Below, piece by piece: positions 8,250-18,046 of a DNA stretch of 64,000 nucleotides. Origin of the DNA: Candidatus Saccharicenans sp. (GTDB lineage: Bacteria; Acidobacteriota; Aminicenantia; Aminicenantales; Saccharicenantaceae). The stretch lies in NCBI GenBank assembly GCA_049659625.1, contig JBASPX010000078.1, forward strand, positions 4,128 to 68,127, read 5' to 3'. The notes beneath the pieces are model-generated. The model did no database searches and was not told the origin of the DNA. It was given only the letters and a program-made list of their open reading frames with translations. Position 1 is the first letter of the stretch; each line of letters starts with the position of its first letter. The position numbers were made by a program, and so were the translations under genes.

Positions 8250-10400
8250 CTACCGGATAACAACATCCAGCTGACCACCGGTCAGGCTGACAGGTCTTCC
8301 CTGAACTCCAAGAGCCTGAGTGGAAGAAATCGTCACCCTGGCTTCGCCGGGAGTCAGAGCTTCAAACACCAGGACAGCCAGGTTACCGGACTTTACCCCC
8401 GTCGCCGGCGACGGTGAAGAGAAACCGACCACGGCGGTTCCGCTGGAGGCGTTGACATTCTGCAGGAATGAGCCTCTGGCGCCGAGCTGGGCTACCAGAT
8501 CACCCGGCTGGATTTCCCTCAGGCGCAGCCTGGCCGGGTCAAACCTGAGGTTTAAAGCGATCGAAGTAATATCAGACTGAGCGCTCAAAACCAGGTTCAC
8601 GTTAAACGTGTTCCTGACCGGCACCTCCAGCCTGTCTGGAGCAAAGGCAACGACATTCATCCCGGTTATGGCTTCAGCCAGAGCCTCCGGAGTTAACTCT
8701 TCTTCGCCGGCGGTAATTTCCTCCTGAACAGCAGCCCTGCCGCTGCTGAAAGATAAGGTCTCATTATCAATCCACAGCGGACGACCATCTTCATCAGTCA
8801 AAGGCATCGTCCTTATGATATGAGGCGTAATGGTCAGGATGACATCCGTTTGCTCCACCGTGCGGTCAGTGCTGGAAAAAAGATTGCCCAGAATGGGCAG
8901 ACTTTTCAGGCCGGCAACTCCCTTCAGGGATTTCCTTTCTTCATCTCGCAGCAACCCGGCCAGCAGGTTGGTCTCTCCATCACGGAGCCTGATAACATTT
9001 TTTACTTCCCTGGTGGAAATAATCGGTATGTCCGCAATTCCTCTTCCACCGATCGAAGTAATTTTAATCTCCAGCTCGAGCGTTACCTCGTTCTCCTTGT
9101 GGAGGCGGGGCTTAATGTTAACTTCAATGCCCACATCCTGATAGGTGTAAGAGACTATCGGCTGCTGACTCACACCACCGGCCGCAATCGGGGTAAAGGT
9201 TGTCTGAGGGATCGGAACTTTCTGACCGACCAGGTAATTTATCTGCTCGGAGTCAACGCCTCTTAACCTTGGCTGGGCGATAATCTTCGTGTCCGTGTCA
9301 GTTTCCAGAAACTGCAACAACACAGAAGGCAGCGTTATCTGATAATTACCGGCCAGTGAGAAATTAATTCCACCCAGGGGCAGCCAGCCCGTTTCAGGTA
9401 TCTCCGCTCCGCTGTACCTGATTCCCGCATAACTCTGTCCAAATTGAGTTCCCAGCGTCTGGAGTTTTTGTCGGGAAACTTCCATGATTTCCAGGTCGAT
9501 TATGACTTCTCCCCTCGGTTTATCCCAGTTGCGGAGCATCTTTTCAGCCAGAGCTACGATTCGAGGATTATCCCTGATGGTCAGCGAATTTCTGGTTTTA
9601 TCCACGATTATGGTCGGCGCCTTATACTGAGTCCTCAATATGGCCGTCAGCTGATTCTGCACATCCTGAGCGTTGATGTTAGACAGATAAATGGTTTTGA
9701 TGGCGTTGACTTCATACTGATTCCGTTTGGTCGGATTATCCGGCACAATAATGACCGTCCTCTCATCGATTATCCTGTAAAAACATCTCCCGGTGAGACA
9801 GAGGGCATTCAGCGCCTGCTCCAGAGTCATATCGGTAAGGTCTATGGTCACAGGGAGGTCGCGATACTGTTCGTCAAACAGGAAGCTCACACCGGTAAAA
9901 CGCCCGATGGATTGAAAGATAGCTTTCAAAGAAGCGTCGGTAAAACGAAGTTTTAGCTTTTCTCCTGCTGCCTTCAACTTTACCGGATGTTCGATGACCA
10001 CTTCCTTCGGTTTCTCTTCCACCACAGGCTTCAAACCGGCCACCCGGCGGTATTCATCCAGGATAAAGCGGTTGCCGGGATCATAACTCAGCGCCTTTTT
10101 ATAAGCTTCAAGCGCCTCTTCTTTTTTGCCCTCGCTCAGAAGCTGCCGCGCTTTTTCCAGCGAACTTAAGGCAGCAGCAGCTTTCACCCTGAAGAGCGCC
10201 AGCCGGTAGACCTTTTCATTTGGGTTTTCAATCAAGGCCTGCTCGTAATACTTTATGGCCCGGTCATAATCTTTGTTGATTTCCGCCAGGTTTCCCTGCT
10301 TGTAAGCCGGGCTGAAGCTGACGCAGGAAATAAACCCCGTCATCAGCAGGATAATAAGGGACAGAATCAATCCTTTCTTTGCCCTTGAGTTTTTTATCAT
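8250..10400 (-). CDS. pilQ: Type IV pilus secretin PilQ (N-terminal TPR region, secretin N-domains, C-terminal secretin domain)
   Basis: 716 aa. Secretin core (IIAQPRLRGVDSEQ...VAGLKSLPILGNLFSSTDRTVEQTDVILTITPHIIR). Last gene of the pilMNOPQ array. Confidence 0.85.
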   Translation of the reverse strand: MIKNSRAKKGLILSLIILLMTGFISCVSFSPAYKQGNLAEINKDYDRAIKYYEQALIENPNEKVYRLALFRVKAAAALSSLEKARQLLSEGKKEEALEAYKKALSYDPGNRFILDEYRRVAGLKPVVEEKPKEVVIEHPVKLKAAGEKLKLRFTDASLKAIFQSIGRFTGVSFLFDEQYRDLPVTIDLTDMTLEQALNALCLTGRCFYRIIDERTVIIVPDNPTKRNQYEVNAIKTIYLSNINAQDVQNQLTAILRTQYKAPTIIVDKTRNSLTIRDNPRIVALAEKMLRNWDKPRGEVIIDLEIMEVSRQKLQTLGTQFGQSYAGIRYSGAEIPETGWLPLGGINFSLAGNYQITLPSVLLQFLETDTDTKIIAQPRLRGVDSEQINYLVGQKVPIPQTTFTPIAAGGVSQQPIVSYTYQDVGIEVNIKPRLHKENEVTLELEIKITSIGGRGIADIPIISTREVKNVIRLRDGETNLLAGLLRDEERKSLKGVAGLKSLPILGNLFSSTDRTVEQTDVILTITPHIIRTMPLTDEDGRPLWIDNETLSFSSGRAAVQEEITAGEEELTPEALAEAITGMNVVAFAPDRLEVPVRNTFNVNLVLSAQSDITSIALNLRFDPARLRLREIQPGDLVAQLGARGSFLQNVNASSGTAVVGFSSPSPATGVKSGNLAVLVFEALTPGEARVTISSTQALGVQGRPVSLTGGQLDVVIR

Positions 10401-10401
10401 C

Positions 10402-10929
10402 TTACCTCTCCCTTACTCTTACCTTTCTTTGATTTCCCCGGTCGTCTCTGAAAATTACTTCATCGGCGGAAATGGAAACCAGCTTGATGCCGGGAAGCAA
10501 CTCTTCCCCTTCGGCCAGGGTTATCGTCTGTCCGTCAACGATTATCAGAGCCAGCCTTTTATTGCCGGATTGAACAAGACCGGGACAGCTCAGGTTCAAA
10601 CTGTCCAGTACGGAAGAAACTCCGGTGACTTCAGCAACAGGCTCAACCGGACGGACCGCTCCGATCTCTCTTCTGGCCGCAGTAACCGCAGCCGGACGGA
10701 AAAGGTCGCGTTTGACTGAAGCCATTTCCGGAGTTATATACTTCAGAACTTCCTTCTTAATAAATGAAGCTCTTTCAGTCTGTTTCTCTTTCCCGGGGTT
10801 TTCCCCCGCCGCGCTGACTTCCAGAACACTCCTCAGAAAACAAAAGAAAAAGAAAGATAACAAAAGCAGAAGGCCCGGAAATTTTCTCCGTCCTTCGGAC
10901 GCTCCCGGTCCGTTACATATTTTTTTCAT
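10402..10929 (-). CDS. pilP: PilP-like pilus assembly protein
   Basis: 175 aa, between pilO and pilQ with a 2-nt gap to pilQ. N-terminal hydrophobic segment and C-terminal beta-rich domain. Assigned by position and size. Confidence 0.5.
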   Translation of the reverse strand: MKKICNGPGASEGRRKFPGLLLLLSFFFFCFLRSVLEVSAAGENPGKEKQTERASFIKKEVLKYITPEMASVKRDLFRPAAVTAARREIGAVRPVEPVAEVTGVSSVLDSLNLSCPGLVQSGNKRLALIIVDGQTITLAEGEELLPGIKLVSISADEVIFRDDRGNQRKVRVRER

Positions 10930-11482
10930 GATAATAACCTGAAACGGTGATTCTGACTTCCAGCATTCCCGAAAAATTATCTATTTTCTGAAAATTTATC
11001 TGATCAACCAGCAGCAACCGCGGCCAGCTTTCAACCCGGTAGAGAAATTTCTTGAGTGCGGGGTAAGAGAGCCTCAGGGCGAAAGAAGCGGCCAGCCTCT
11101 TAAATTGTTTTTTCTCGGCACTTTCATACTGGTAGCTGATCGGCGGCTGCGGAAGTCCTGATTGCTGGAAAATCGTTTTCAGGTCCTGCCGGAATGCTTC
11201 CAGAGCATCAGCGGCCTGATAAAAGGCCGTCTTTTCCATTTCTTCCAGATCTTTTTGCGTTTCCACCCAGGTCTGATATTCCTGGCGAATTTGACCGATG
11301 CGGGAAATTATCTTTTCAGCTTCCTCCGTCAGACGGTTAGCCTCAAACCTCAGGCTATTCAGCCTGTGACTCCAGAAAAATAGAGAGGCCGTCGTCAGCA
11401 AAACAAGAAAGCCGGCAAGAAGACCGAGACGGCGAAGCTTTTTCCTTTCCTCAGAACTCAAAAAATCAATTAACCCGGGCAT
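10913..11482 (-). CDS. pilO: PilO-like type IV pilus assembly protein
   Basis: 189 aa with a single TM and a coiled-coil region. Overlaps pilN and pilP by 17 nt each (translational coupling). Confidence 0.55.
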   Translation of the reverse strand: MPGLIDFLSSEERKKLRRLGLLAGFLVLLTTASLFFWSHRLNSLRFEANRLTEEAEKIISRIGQIRQEYQTWVETQKDLEEMEKTAFYQAADALEAFRQDLKTIFQQSGLPQPPISYQYESAEKKQFKRLAASFALRLSYPALKKFLYRVESWPRLLLVDQINFQKIDNFSGMLEVRITVSGYYHEKNM

Positions 11483-12041
11483 AGCGAAAAACCATCTCCA
11501 CCTGATATTTGCCGTCCTGATAAAGTTCGTTAAGCACTTTAATGTCCCGGAAATTCAGCAGCTGAAAATTTTTCAGGAGCTGACCGAGCTCCTCCCGGCT
11601 GTTCATGGCCACCCTGATCCTGAATTCTCCGCTTTCCAGAGAAGCGGGAGGGTTCAGCGCCAGCAGATAGCAGGCGGACGGCAGGGCTTCCTCCAGCCGG
11701 CTGAAAAGAGCGACCCAGTAAACCGCCTTTCTATCAAGCAAAATGTTGATTTCCTCAACCGCTGGCTTATAACGCCGGCTGAAGCTCTCCACCTCGCGGC
11801 TGAGACGCTGCGTTTCAGCCTGAAGGCTGGCTTTCTTTTCAGCCAGCCGGAGATTCGATTCCTTCAATTTACTGAACTCAGCCAGGTTCTTCAGGTTAAT
11901 GAGGACAAGTATCAGCAGCGAGGCAGCGGCTATTGCTACCAGCGCCAGCGAGAGAAAGTGATACAGACGGCGGTTGCGCAGGGGATTTCGCGCCAGATTG
12001 ATGGTCAGATTCCAGCCGTTTGCTCTCTGCTTGATGGCCAT
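11466..12041 (-). CDS. pilN: PilN type IV pilus assembly protein
   Basis: 191 aa. N-terminal INLARNPL motif (PilN INLLP-like) followed by a TM helix. Confidence 0.65.
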   Translation of the reverse strand: MAIKQRANGWNLTINLARNPLRNRRLYHFLSLALVAIAAASLLILVLINLKNLAEFSKLKESNLRLAEKKASLQAETQRLSREVESFSRRYKPAVEEINILLDRKAVYWVALFSRLEEALPSACYLLALNPPASLESGEFRIRVAMNSREELGQLLKNFQLLNFRDIKVLNELYQDGKYQVEMVFRYARVN

Positions 12042-12931
12042 TAAATTCCTCCGAGCAGCGGCTCATGAAATTTCTGTCCTGCCCTTACTTCTTCCACCCG
12101 CACACCCGTCAATTTTTTTATTTCTTCCAGCAGCCCCAGAGAATCATCAAATGTCGACCTGAGCCATATTAAATCTGGCTTTTTCCTGTTTCGGTCTTCC
12201 ATATATTGAATCGTGTTTTCTATCTCCTTCAGGAGGGATGTTTGATCTTTTTGATATCCGGACCAGATCTGTTTCTGCCGGTAAAGATAGGGAGAGCCCG
12301 CTTCCATGGCGATCAGACTCAAATAATCAGCATCAACATCCACCAGCAAAAATTCTCCGGCGACCGCTCCTGTCCGCATGACCAGGTTGAGCACAGCCAT
12401 CGACGGTACGATCAGCTTACCGGGCTTCAATCCGGTCTCGCCAAACAATTTCTCATACTCCTCCGCCACCTGTTCGCCGGTGCACAGCACGAGCAAACGC
12501 CGTTGCCGGCCGGAGTTGAAGCTCTGGTACGAATAACGCAGTTCGCTGACAGGACGCGATAGCTGGCTTCCCAGTCTCCATTCAACGAATTTCTTCTGTT
12601 CCGCCGCCGATATACCCGAATTCTCAAGCGGAAGGATGAATACCCGGGAACTCATTTCCGGCAGGATCACCGCGGTCGAATCACCTTCAGGCTTGAGCTC
12701 CCTCAAAGATTCTTCAATCAGGCCGAGCAGCAACCCGGGCTGAAGGACATTCTTCTGAAAAAGACCGGCTTCGACCACACCAGGAGGTATTGGATGATAG
12801 ACAGAACTTAAAACAGTTTCTCTTTCAGACCCAACCTTCAGCGCCGTCAGATATGATGGCGAAATCTGAAAAACCACAGAAGCCCGCGGCTGCTCCAGAA
12901 AAAAACGCCTGATTTTATCTACAATTCCCAT
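12041..12931 (-). CDS. pilM: PilM type IV pilus assembly ATPase-like (actin fold) protein
   Basis: 296 aa with a PilM-like N-terminus (ISPSYLTALKVGSE...). Shares 1 nt with pilN. Confidence 0.65.
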   Translation of the reverse strand: MGIVDKIRRFFLEQPRASVVFQISPSYLTALKVGSERETVLSSVYHPIPPGVVEAGLFQKNVLQPGLLLGLIEESLRELKPEGDSTAVILPEMSSRVFILPLENSGISAAEQKKFVEWRLGSQLSRPVSELRYSYQSFNSGRQRRLLVLCTGEQVAEEYEKLFGETGLKPGKLIVPSMAVLNLVMRTGAVAGEFLLVDVDADYLSLIAMEAGSPYLYRQKQIWSGYQKDQTSLLKEIENTIQYMEDRNRKKPDLIWLRSTFDDSLGLLEEIKKLTGVRVEEVRAGQKFHEPLLGGI

Positions 12932-12935
12932 CGGT

Positions 12936-14546
12936 TTACTCTACAAAAGTCACTTTGTTCAATTCTTTCAGGCTGGTGATCCCGGCCAGCACCTTTTCCA
13001 GCCCGGCCTGTCTCAACGGAATCATTCCCTCACTCTGGGCGGCTTTCTTAACTTCAGAAAGAGGTTTCCGGGCAAGGATCATCTCCCGGATGTTGTCGGA
13101 AAGCTCCAGCAGTTCGGCTATGGCCGTCCTCCCTTTGTAACCGGTCCCGTGACATTCAGGACAACCTTTCGGCTCGTAAAACACCACCTCCCGGTATTTC
13201 TGCGGGTCCAGACCGGAAAGCTCCAGGGTGGATTCGTCGTACTGAACGGGAAGCTTACACTTCGGACACAAAACCCTGACCAGCCTCTGCGCCAGAATGC
13301 AGTTGAGAGCGGAAATAAAACTGTAGGGGTCAACCTGCATGTGGAGAAAACGCCCGATGACGTCAAACACGTTGTTGGCATGAACCGTGGTGAAAACCAG
13401 ATGACCGGTGAGGGCGGACTGGATGGCAATCTGGGCCGTCTCCGGGTCGCGTATTTCGCCCACCATAATTTTATCCGGGTCGTGCCGGAGGATGGACCTC
13501 AGCCCGCGGGCAAAAGTCAACCCCTTTTTCTCGTTCACCTGAATCTGAGTAATGCCTTCAATCTGATATTCCACCGGGTCTTCGATGGTGATTATCTTAT
13601 CTTCTGGAGACTTAATTTCGGTCAGAGCCGCATACAGAGTGGTGGTCTTGCCGCTTCCGGTCGGCCCGGTCACCAGCACCATCCCGTAAGGCTGACGGAT
13701 GTACCGGCGGAATTTCTTCAAAACATAATCGGAGAAGCCGAGAAGATCCAGTCTGAGCTCAGCAAAAGCCTCGGTGATCATCTCCTTGTCGAGAATTCTG
13801 ATGACCGCGTCCTCGCCGTAGATGCAGGGCATTATGGAAACCCGGAAATCGATCGTCCTGTCCTTGATTTTCAGACGGAACCTTCCGTCCTGAGGCACCC
13901 GCCGTTCGGATATGTCCAGGTCGGACATTATCTTTATGCGTGATATGATCAGCGATTGATATTTCCGGTCAAGCGGCTCCATCGCTTCCGTCAGCACACC
14001 GTCTATCCGGTATTTGACCCTGACAAAATTTTCTTTTGATTCAATGTGAATGTCGCTGGCCCTTTTCTGAACGGCAGTAAAAATGATGGTGTTGACCAGT
14101 TTGATGATCGAGCCGTCCTGCTCGGTCAGTTTCTCTATGGTAATAACATCCTCTTCTTCTCCGGTCTCCTTTTCCACCACCTGCCGGACGAAACCCTCGG
14201 TCGCCTCCTTGAGCACCTGGGTGACGGCCTCGCTGCGCCGCAGGGCTTCCTGGACGCCTCTCCTGCTGGCGGCGAAGACCTCCACCTTCTTTCCGGCAAA
14301 TGCTTCTATACTGTCTATGGCCGCCAGGTCTGAAGGATCGGCGATGGCTATCTGCAGAACCCGGCCGGTATCGCTCAGGGGAACGAAATTATATTTGTAG
14401 AGAAATTCAACCGGAAACGATTGAACCAGCTCCCGGTCTACTTCCACAGTGCTCAGGTCGATGTAGGGCACATGGTATTTTTCCGCCAGCTTCTTAGCTT
14501 CCAGCTCTTCAGCCAGCAGCAGCCCGTTGCGATCGCCTCTGGTCAA
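12936..14546 (-). CDS. pilB: Type IV pilus assembly ATPase PilB (GspE family)
   Basis: 536 aa. Walker A GPTGSGKTTT, GspII_E N-terminal domain, tetracysteine CPKC...CPEC zinc motif. Confidence 0.9.
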   Translation of the reverse strand: MTRGDRNGLLLAEELEAKKLAEKYHVPYIDLSTVEVDRELVQSFPVEFLYKYNFVPLSDTGRVLQIAIADPSDLAAIDSIEAFAGKKVEVFAASRRGVQEALRRSEAVTQVLKEATEGFVRQVVEKETGEEEDVITIEKLTEQDGSIIKLVNTIIFTAVQKRASDIHIESKENFVRVKYRIDGVLTEAMEPLDRKYQSLIISRIKIMSDLDISERRVPQDGRFRLKIKDRTIDFRVSIMPCIYGEDAVIRILDKEMITEAFAELRLDLLGFSDYVLKKFRRYIRQPYGMVLVTGPTGSGKTTTLYAALTEIKSPEDKIITIEDPVEYQIEGITQIQVNEKKGLTFARGLRSILRHDPDKIMVGEIRDPETAQIAIQSALTGHLVFTTVHANNVFDVIGRFLHMQVDPYSFISALNCILAQRLVRVLCPKCKLPVQYDESTLELSGLDPQKYREVVFYEPKGCPECHGTGYKGRTAIAELLELSDNIREMILARKPLSEVKKAAQSEGMIPLRQAGLEKVLAGITSLKELNKVTFVE

Positions 14547-14562
14547 ATTTTCCTCCCTGTTT

Positions 14563-15765
14563 CTATCTGGTTATCCTGATAATATTAAAAATAGGTAAAT
14601 AGACCGAAAGAATCATGCCTGCGGCCACCAGTCCTATGAATATTATAATCACCGGTTCGATCAGCGATACCATCGTCTGTATTCTATCACGCAGGCGTTC
14701 ATCGTAAAAATCAGCCACTTCCGCCAGCATGCCTGGCAGGTTGGCAGAATTTTCTCCAATCCTGATAAGGTCCAGAGCCAGGGCCGGGAAAACGCCAGCT
14801 TTCTCCAGCGAATCGTAAAGACTCATCCCGTTTTTCAGGTTTTCCGGCACCGTCAGCAATCTCGAAAAGATAAAACGATTGGGAACAGAGAAGGCCGCCA
14901 CCTGAACCGAGGGGAGCAGGCTTATCCCCGCCTCGAGAAGCAAACCGAGCGTTCTGGCGTAAAGAGCTACAGCTGAATCCTTAATCAAAAAACGCGAAAA
15001 AGGCAGGCGAAGCTTCATTCTATCCTTAAAGACCACAAACCAGGTTTTCTTTCTAAAAGCAAGGCCGGTCCCGATCAGCACCAGAAATATGAGAAAAAGC
15101 CAGAGGATGTTGTTACTGATGAAAATAGCCACTTTTAAAAGAAACCTGGTGATGCCCGGAAGCTGGGCTCCAAAATCCGCATAGAAGGTGGCAAAACGCG
15201 GTAAAACCAGCCCCACCAGCAAACCGATCAGTACCGCTGAAAAAATGATCAGCAGGGTGGGATAGAGAAGGGCTGAGCGCACGCGGCTTCTCGTCTGCTC
15301 GATTATCTTAGCATACTGAATATATCTGGTTAAGGAACCGGGCAGGTTGCCGCTTCTTTCACCGGCCATCAGCGAGGCGGTATAAACTTTGGAAAATTGC
15401 GGTTCATATGGGAGGAAGGCCTCTGAAAGGGTCCTGCCCCCCCTGACCTCGGCAGCTACTTTGCGCACAATGTCCAGAAGATATGGATTGGTAATGCGCT
15501 TTTCGACGAGTTCGAGACTTCTCAGGACAGGATAACCAGCCTTCAGCAGAGCCACAAGCTCCTGGTTGAACAGAATGAATTCCGCCGGCTTTATTTTCTT
15601 CCCGAAGATATTAATGCGGGAAATCCTTATTTCCTTGCGGATGGAAAGAACCAGAAACCCTTCAGATTCCAGCAGGCGGCGACAGTCTTCAGCTGAGGGA
15701 GCCTCCAGAGTCTCTTTTAATGTACGTCCATCAGGAGTCACAAATTTGCAGATGTATGCTGGCAT
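14563..15765 (-). CDS. pilC: Type IV pilus platform protein PilC (GspF family)
   Basis: 400 aa polytopic membrane protein with duplicated GspF-like domains. First gene of the minus-strand pilus operon. Confidence 0.85.
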   Translation of the reverse strand: MPAYICKFVTPDGRTLKETLEAPSAEDCRRLLESEGFLVLSIRKEIRISRINIFGKKIKPAEFILFNQELVALLKAGYPVLRSLELVEKRITNPYLLDIVRKVAAEVRGGRTLSEAFLPYEPQFSKVYTASLMAGERSGNLPGSLTRYIQYAKIIEQTRSRVRSALLYPTLLIIFSAVLIGLLVGLVLPRFATFYADFGAQLPGITRFLLKVAIFISNNILWLFLIFLVLIGTGLAFRKKTWFVVFKDRMKLRLPFSRFLIKDSAVALYARTLGLLLEAGISLLPSVQVAAFSVPNRFIFSRLLTVPENLKNGMSLYDSLEKAGVFPALALDLIRIGENSANLPGMLAEVADFYDERLRDRIQTMVSLIEPVIIIFIGLVAAGMILSVYLPIFNIIRITR

Positions 15766-16086
15766 AATCGGTTTTTATCTCCGCTTTACGGCTTATATTA
15801 AATTACCTAACGCGCTTAGTCAATAATACCGGCGAAGGCCAGCCTGGCAAAAACCGCAGGAAAGAAAGCCTGAGATTTCAAGAATATCACTCCATCCGTT
15901 CTCAGCCTCACTTAATCCCCCATTTTTATCAAAGCCGGAAGTTTCATATAAGTTGCATAAAACCGGAAAATTGATTGTCTGAGCAGGTATGAAGCCATGA
16001 AGGGGAGCGTGATCAGGAGATCTCTGCTGTGTTATTTATCTGCTTTCCGGCCAGGGAAAAAATTTAGAAAAATTTCAAAAATTAGT

Positions 16087-16120
16087 TGACAAATGTCATT
16101 TATTTACTTATATTGTAAAC
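16087..16120 (+). promoter_or_regulatory. Sigma-70-like promoter (TTGACA-17 nt-TATATT) whose -35 box is embedded in the palindrome TGACAaaTGTCA
   Basis: ttgacaaatgtcatttatttacttatattgt lies immediately upstream of the XRE regulator start at 16136. The palindrome is a candidate autoregulatory operator. Confidence 0.5.
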
Positions 16121-16135
16121 TGAAAGAAAGGATAT

Positions 16136-17404
16136 ATGGGAAATCCCGGAGAGAAATTAAAGCTGGACGACACCTTCCCCATCCGATTAAGAGCAGCCCG
16201 TTTGAAGGCCGGCCTGAGTCTCGAGGACCTGGCACAGAAACTCGGGGGAATGGTCACCCGCCAGGCTATTGCCCGGTATGAAAAGGGGCAGATCAGCCCG
16301 TCCCCCGAAGTTCTCGCGCACCTCCTCCAGGTCCTCGAGATCCCTCCTCCACCTGATTTTCCCGAGGAACTTCCCGAGGAGATCGACCTCAAGGATGACT
16401 CTGACGAATTATCCCTCAATTTTCAGGGAGGGGAAACATTTTCTGTAAAAGTCTGCAAACCTTTGCCATCAACCATCTCATTCATGAGAGAGCCGCCTGT
16501 CCCCTCAGACGATTTTCTGCCTGCACCTTCTTCCAGAGCTTCCAGGCTGCGCGAAAAAATCATTCCAGACCCGCTGAACGAAGCGGAAGAAGTTTTTCTC
16601 CGCTCAGAGCCGGGCTTGCCGCAAAAACAGATAGTGGCTCTCAAGATCACCATTTTCGAGAAGATGAAAAATTACCTCTGGCTGGAGAAGCTCCTGCGGC
16701 TGGAAAAAAATTACCGGCCGCCGATTTCCACCCGACCGGTCAGTCTGGAAGAAGCGGAAAAAGCCGCCTTAGAATTGAGAAAGCGCTGGGACCTGGGAAC
16801 CGGAGCGGTCAACAATCTTCTGGCCTTTCTGGAGGAACACGGCATAAAGACCTTCAAGCTGAAAGGTCCGGAAAATTTTGAAAGTCTGAGCGGGTTTTTC
16901 CGGAATCAACCATTTATAGCGGTAAACGAGCATCTGGTGATTGACAGGATGAGATTTAAGACGGCCACTGAACTCGCCCATGTGCTTTTCGGGCCCGGGA
17001 ATGACCCGCAATCGATAAAAATTTACCACCGCTTCGCCGCCGCTTTCCTGCTTCCAGCCAGCACGCTCGAGGAATACTTCCTGCCGGCGGGGCGGAAGAT
17101 AGCTCTGAGCGAACTGGCCGAAATAAAATTAAGGTATGGCGTCTCTCTACAGGCGATTTTGAGGCGTGCGCTGGACCTGGGTCTGGTAACCGAGAGACGA
17201 TTTCGCTCCTTCAGGGAACTGATGAACGAAAAAGGCTGGCTCTGGAAAGAACCCGTCGATTACCGTGGTGAAGAAAACCCATCGAGATTTCGCCGGCTGC
17301 TTCACTACGCTGTATCCTCGGAAATTCTTGACCTTCAGGCCGCGGCTACCCTGGCCGGGGTTGCACCGGAAATTTTAGAGCGAGAAATTGGCGAGATTTT
17401 TTAA
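16136..17404 (+). CDS. XRE-family HTH transcriptional regulator fused to a C-terminal ImmA/IrrE (DUF955)-like domain with a degenerate HEXXH motif
   Basis: N-terminal LRAARLKAGLSLEDLAQKLGGMVTRQAIARYEKGQ (HTH_XRE), an acidic Pro-rich linker, and a C-terminal region with TELAHVLFG where ImmA-type peptidases have HEXXH. Divergent from the pilus operon. Confidence 0.65.
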   Translation: MGNPGEKLKLDDTFPIRLRAARLKAGLSLEDLAQKLGGMVTRQAIARYEKGQISPSPEVLAHLLQVLEIPPPPDFPEELPEEIDLKDDSDELSLNFQGGETFSVKVCKPLPSTISFMREPPVPSDDFLPAPSSRASRLREKIIPDPLNEAEEVFLRSEPGLPQKQIVALKITIFEKMKNYLWLEKLLRLEKNYRPPISTRPVSLEEAEKAALELRKRWDLGTGAVNNLLAFLEEHGIKTFKLKGPENFESLSGFFRNQPFIAVNEHLVIDRMRFKTATELAHVLFGPGNDPQSIKIYHRFAAAFLLPASTLEEYFLPAGRKIALSELAEIKLRYGVSLQAILRRALDLGLVTERRFRSFRELMNEKGWLWKEPVDYRGEENPSRFRRLLHYAVSSEILDLQAAATLAGVAPEILEREIGEIF

Positions 17405-17652
17405 GAACGGGTTCTCTGGCCGGAACAAATAAAGGAAGGAGTCAGATTTTAATTTTGAAGGATGAAGATGATAATAATTTTCCCCATCTGCGCGTGAGGA
17501 AGAGCTATCTGTTTGACCGCGAATGACCTGCTGTCTGACCAACGGTGCAGCCCGATAAAATAAGCAAGACAACACCCCCGCTGAAGCTGACGATGGAGTC
17601 TGAATTTCTAAAAATGAACCAGCCTGTATAACAATCGAATAAAACATTCCAG

Positions 17653-17680
17653 TTGACATTCTGAACCGGGGATTTAATAA
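17653..17680 (+). promoter_or_regulatory. Sigma-70-like promoter (TTGACA-17-TAATAA) giving a near-leaderless transcript for the 17689 ORF
   Basis: ttgacattctgaaccggggatttaataa ends 8 nt before the ATG at 17689. Confidence 0.4.
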
Positions 17681-17688
17681 TTTTATTG

Positions 17689-17988
17689 ATGAAGATACTA
17701 AGGTATCTCGCCTCTACGCTGCCAGCTGCGGCCTTACTGGCTTTCATGCTTTCCATCCCCGGCGAAAGCCAGGATACTCCCGTCCGACAAACAGTCACCA
17801 GCCAGACCACGGAAGAACAGATGCCTCCGCAGGAAGTCCAGAAGCCAAAACTCGATTACATGAGCACCTTTCTTTCGAGGTCGACCAGTCCCCTCGGACT
17901 CAAAGAAAACGAAGAAATACGCCGCTGGCTTAAACAACCGAAGACTGCCTGGGCCATCAGAGCCGGCCTCAGGCATATTCTCAATTAG
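17689..17988 (+). CDS. Small secreted hypothetical protein (about 99 aa), probably leaderless mRNA
   Basis: MKILRYLASTLPAAALLAFMLSIPGESQ... has a signal peptide. Promoter directly upstream, no SD. Confidence 0.4.
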   Translation: MKILRYLASTLPAAALLAFMLSIPGESQDTPVRQTVTSQTTEEQMPPQEVQKPKLDYMSTFLSRSTSPLGLKENEEIRRWLKQPKTAWAIRAGLRHILN

Positions 17989-18046
17989 ATTTTTTTTTGG
18001 GCTATTGATTCAATTTTTTGGATTTAGTATATTTTATTGAAGGATA

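Noticed and set aside
15841-15860. TGGCAaaaaccGCA, a sigma-54 (-24/-12) promoter look-alike in the pilC/XRE divergent spacer
   Set aside because: The GG to GC spacing is 10 rather than 12 nt, and it is oriented toward the XRE gene rather than the pilus operon.
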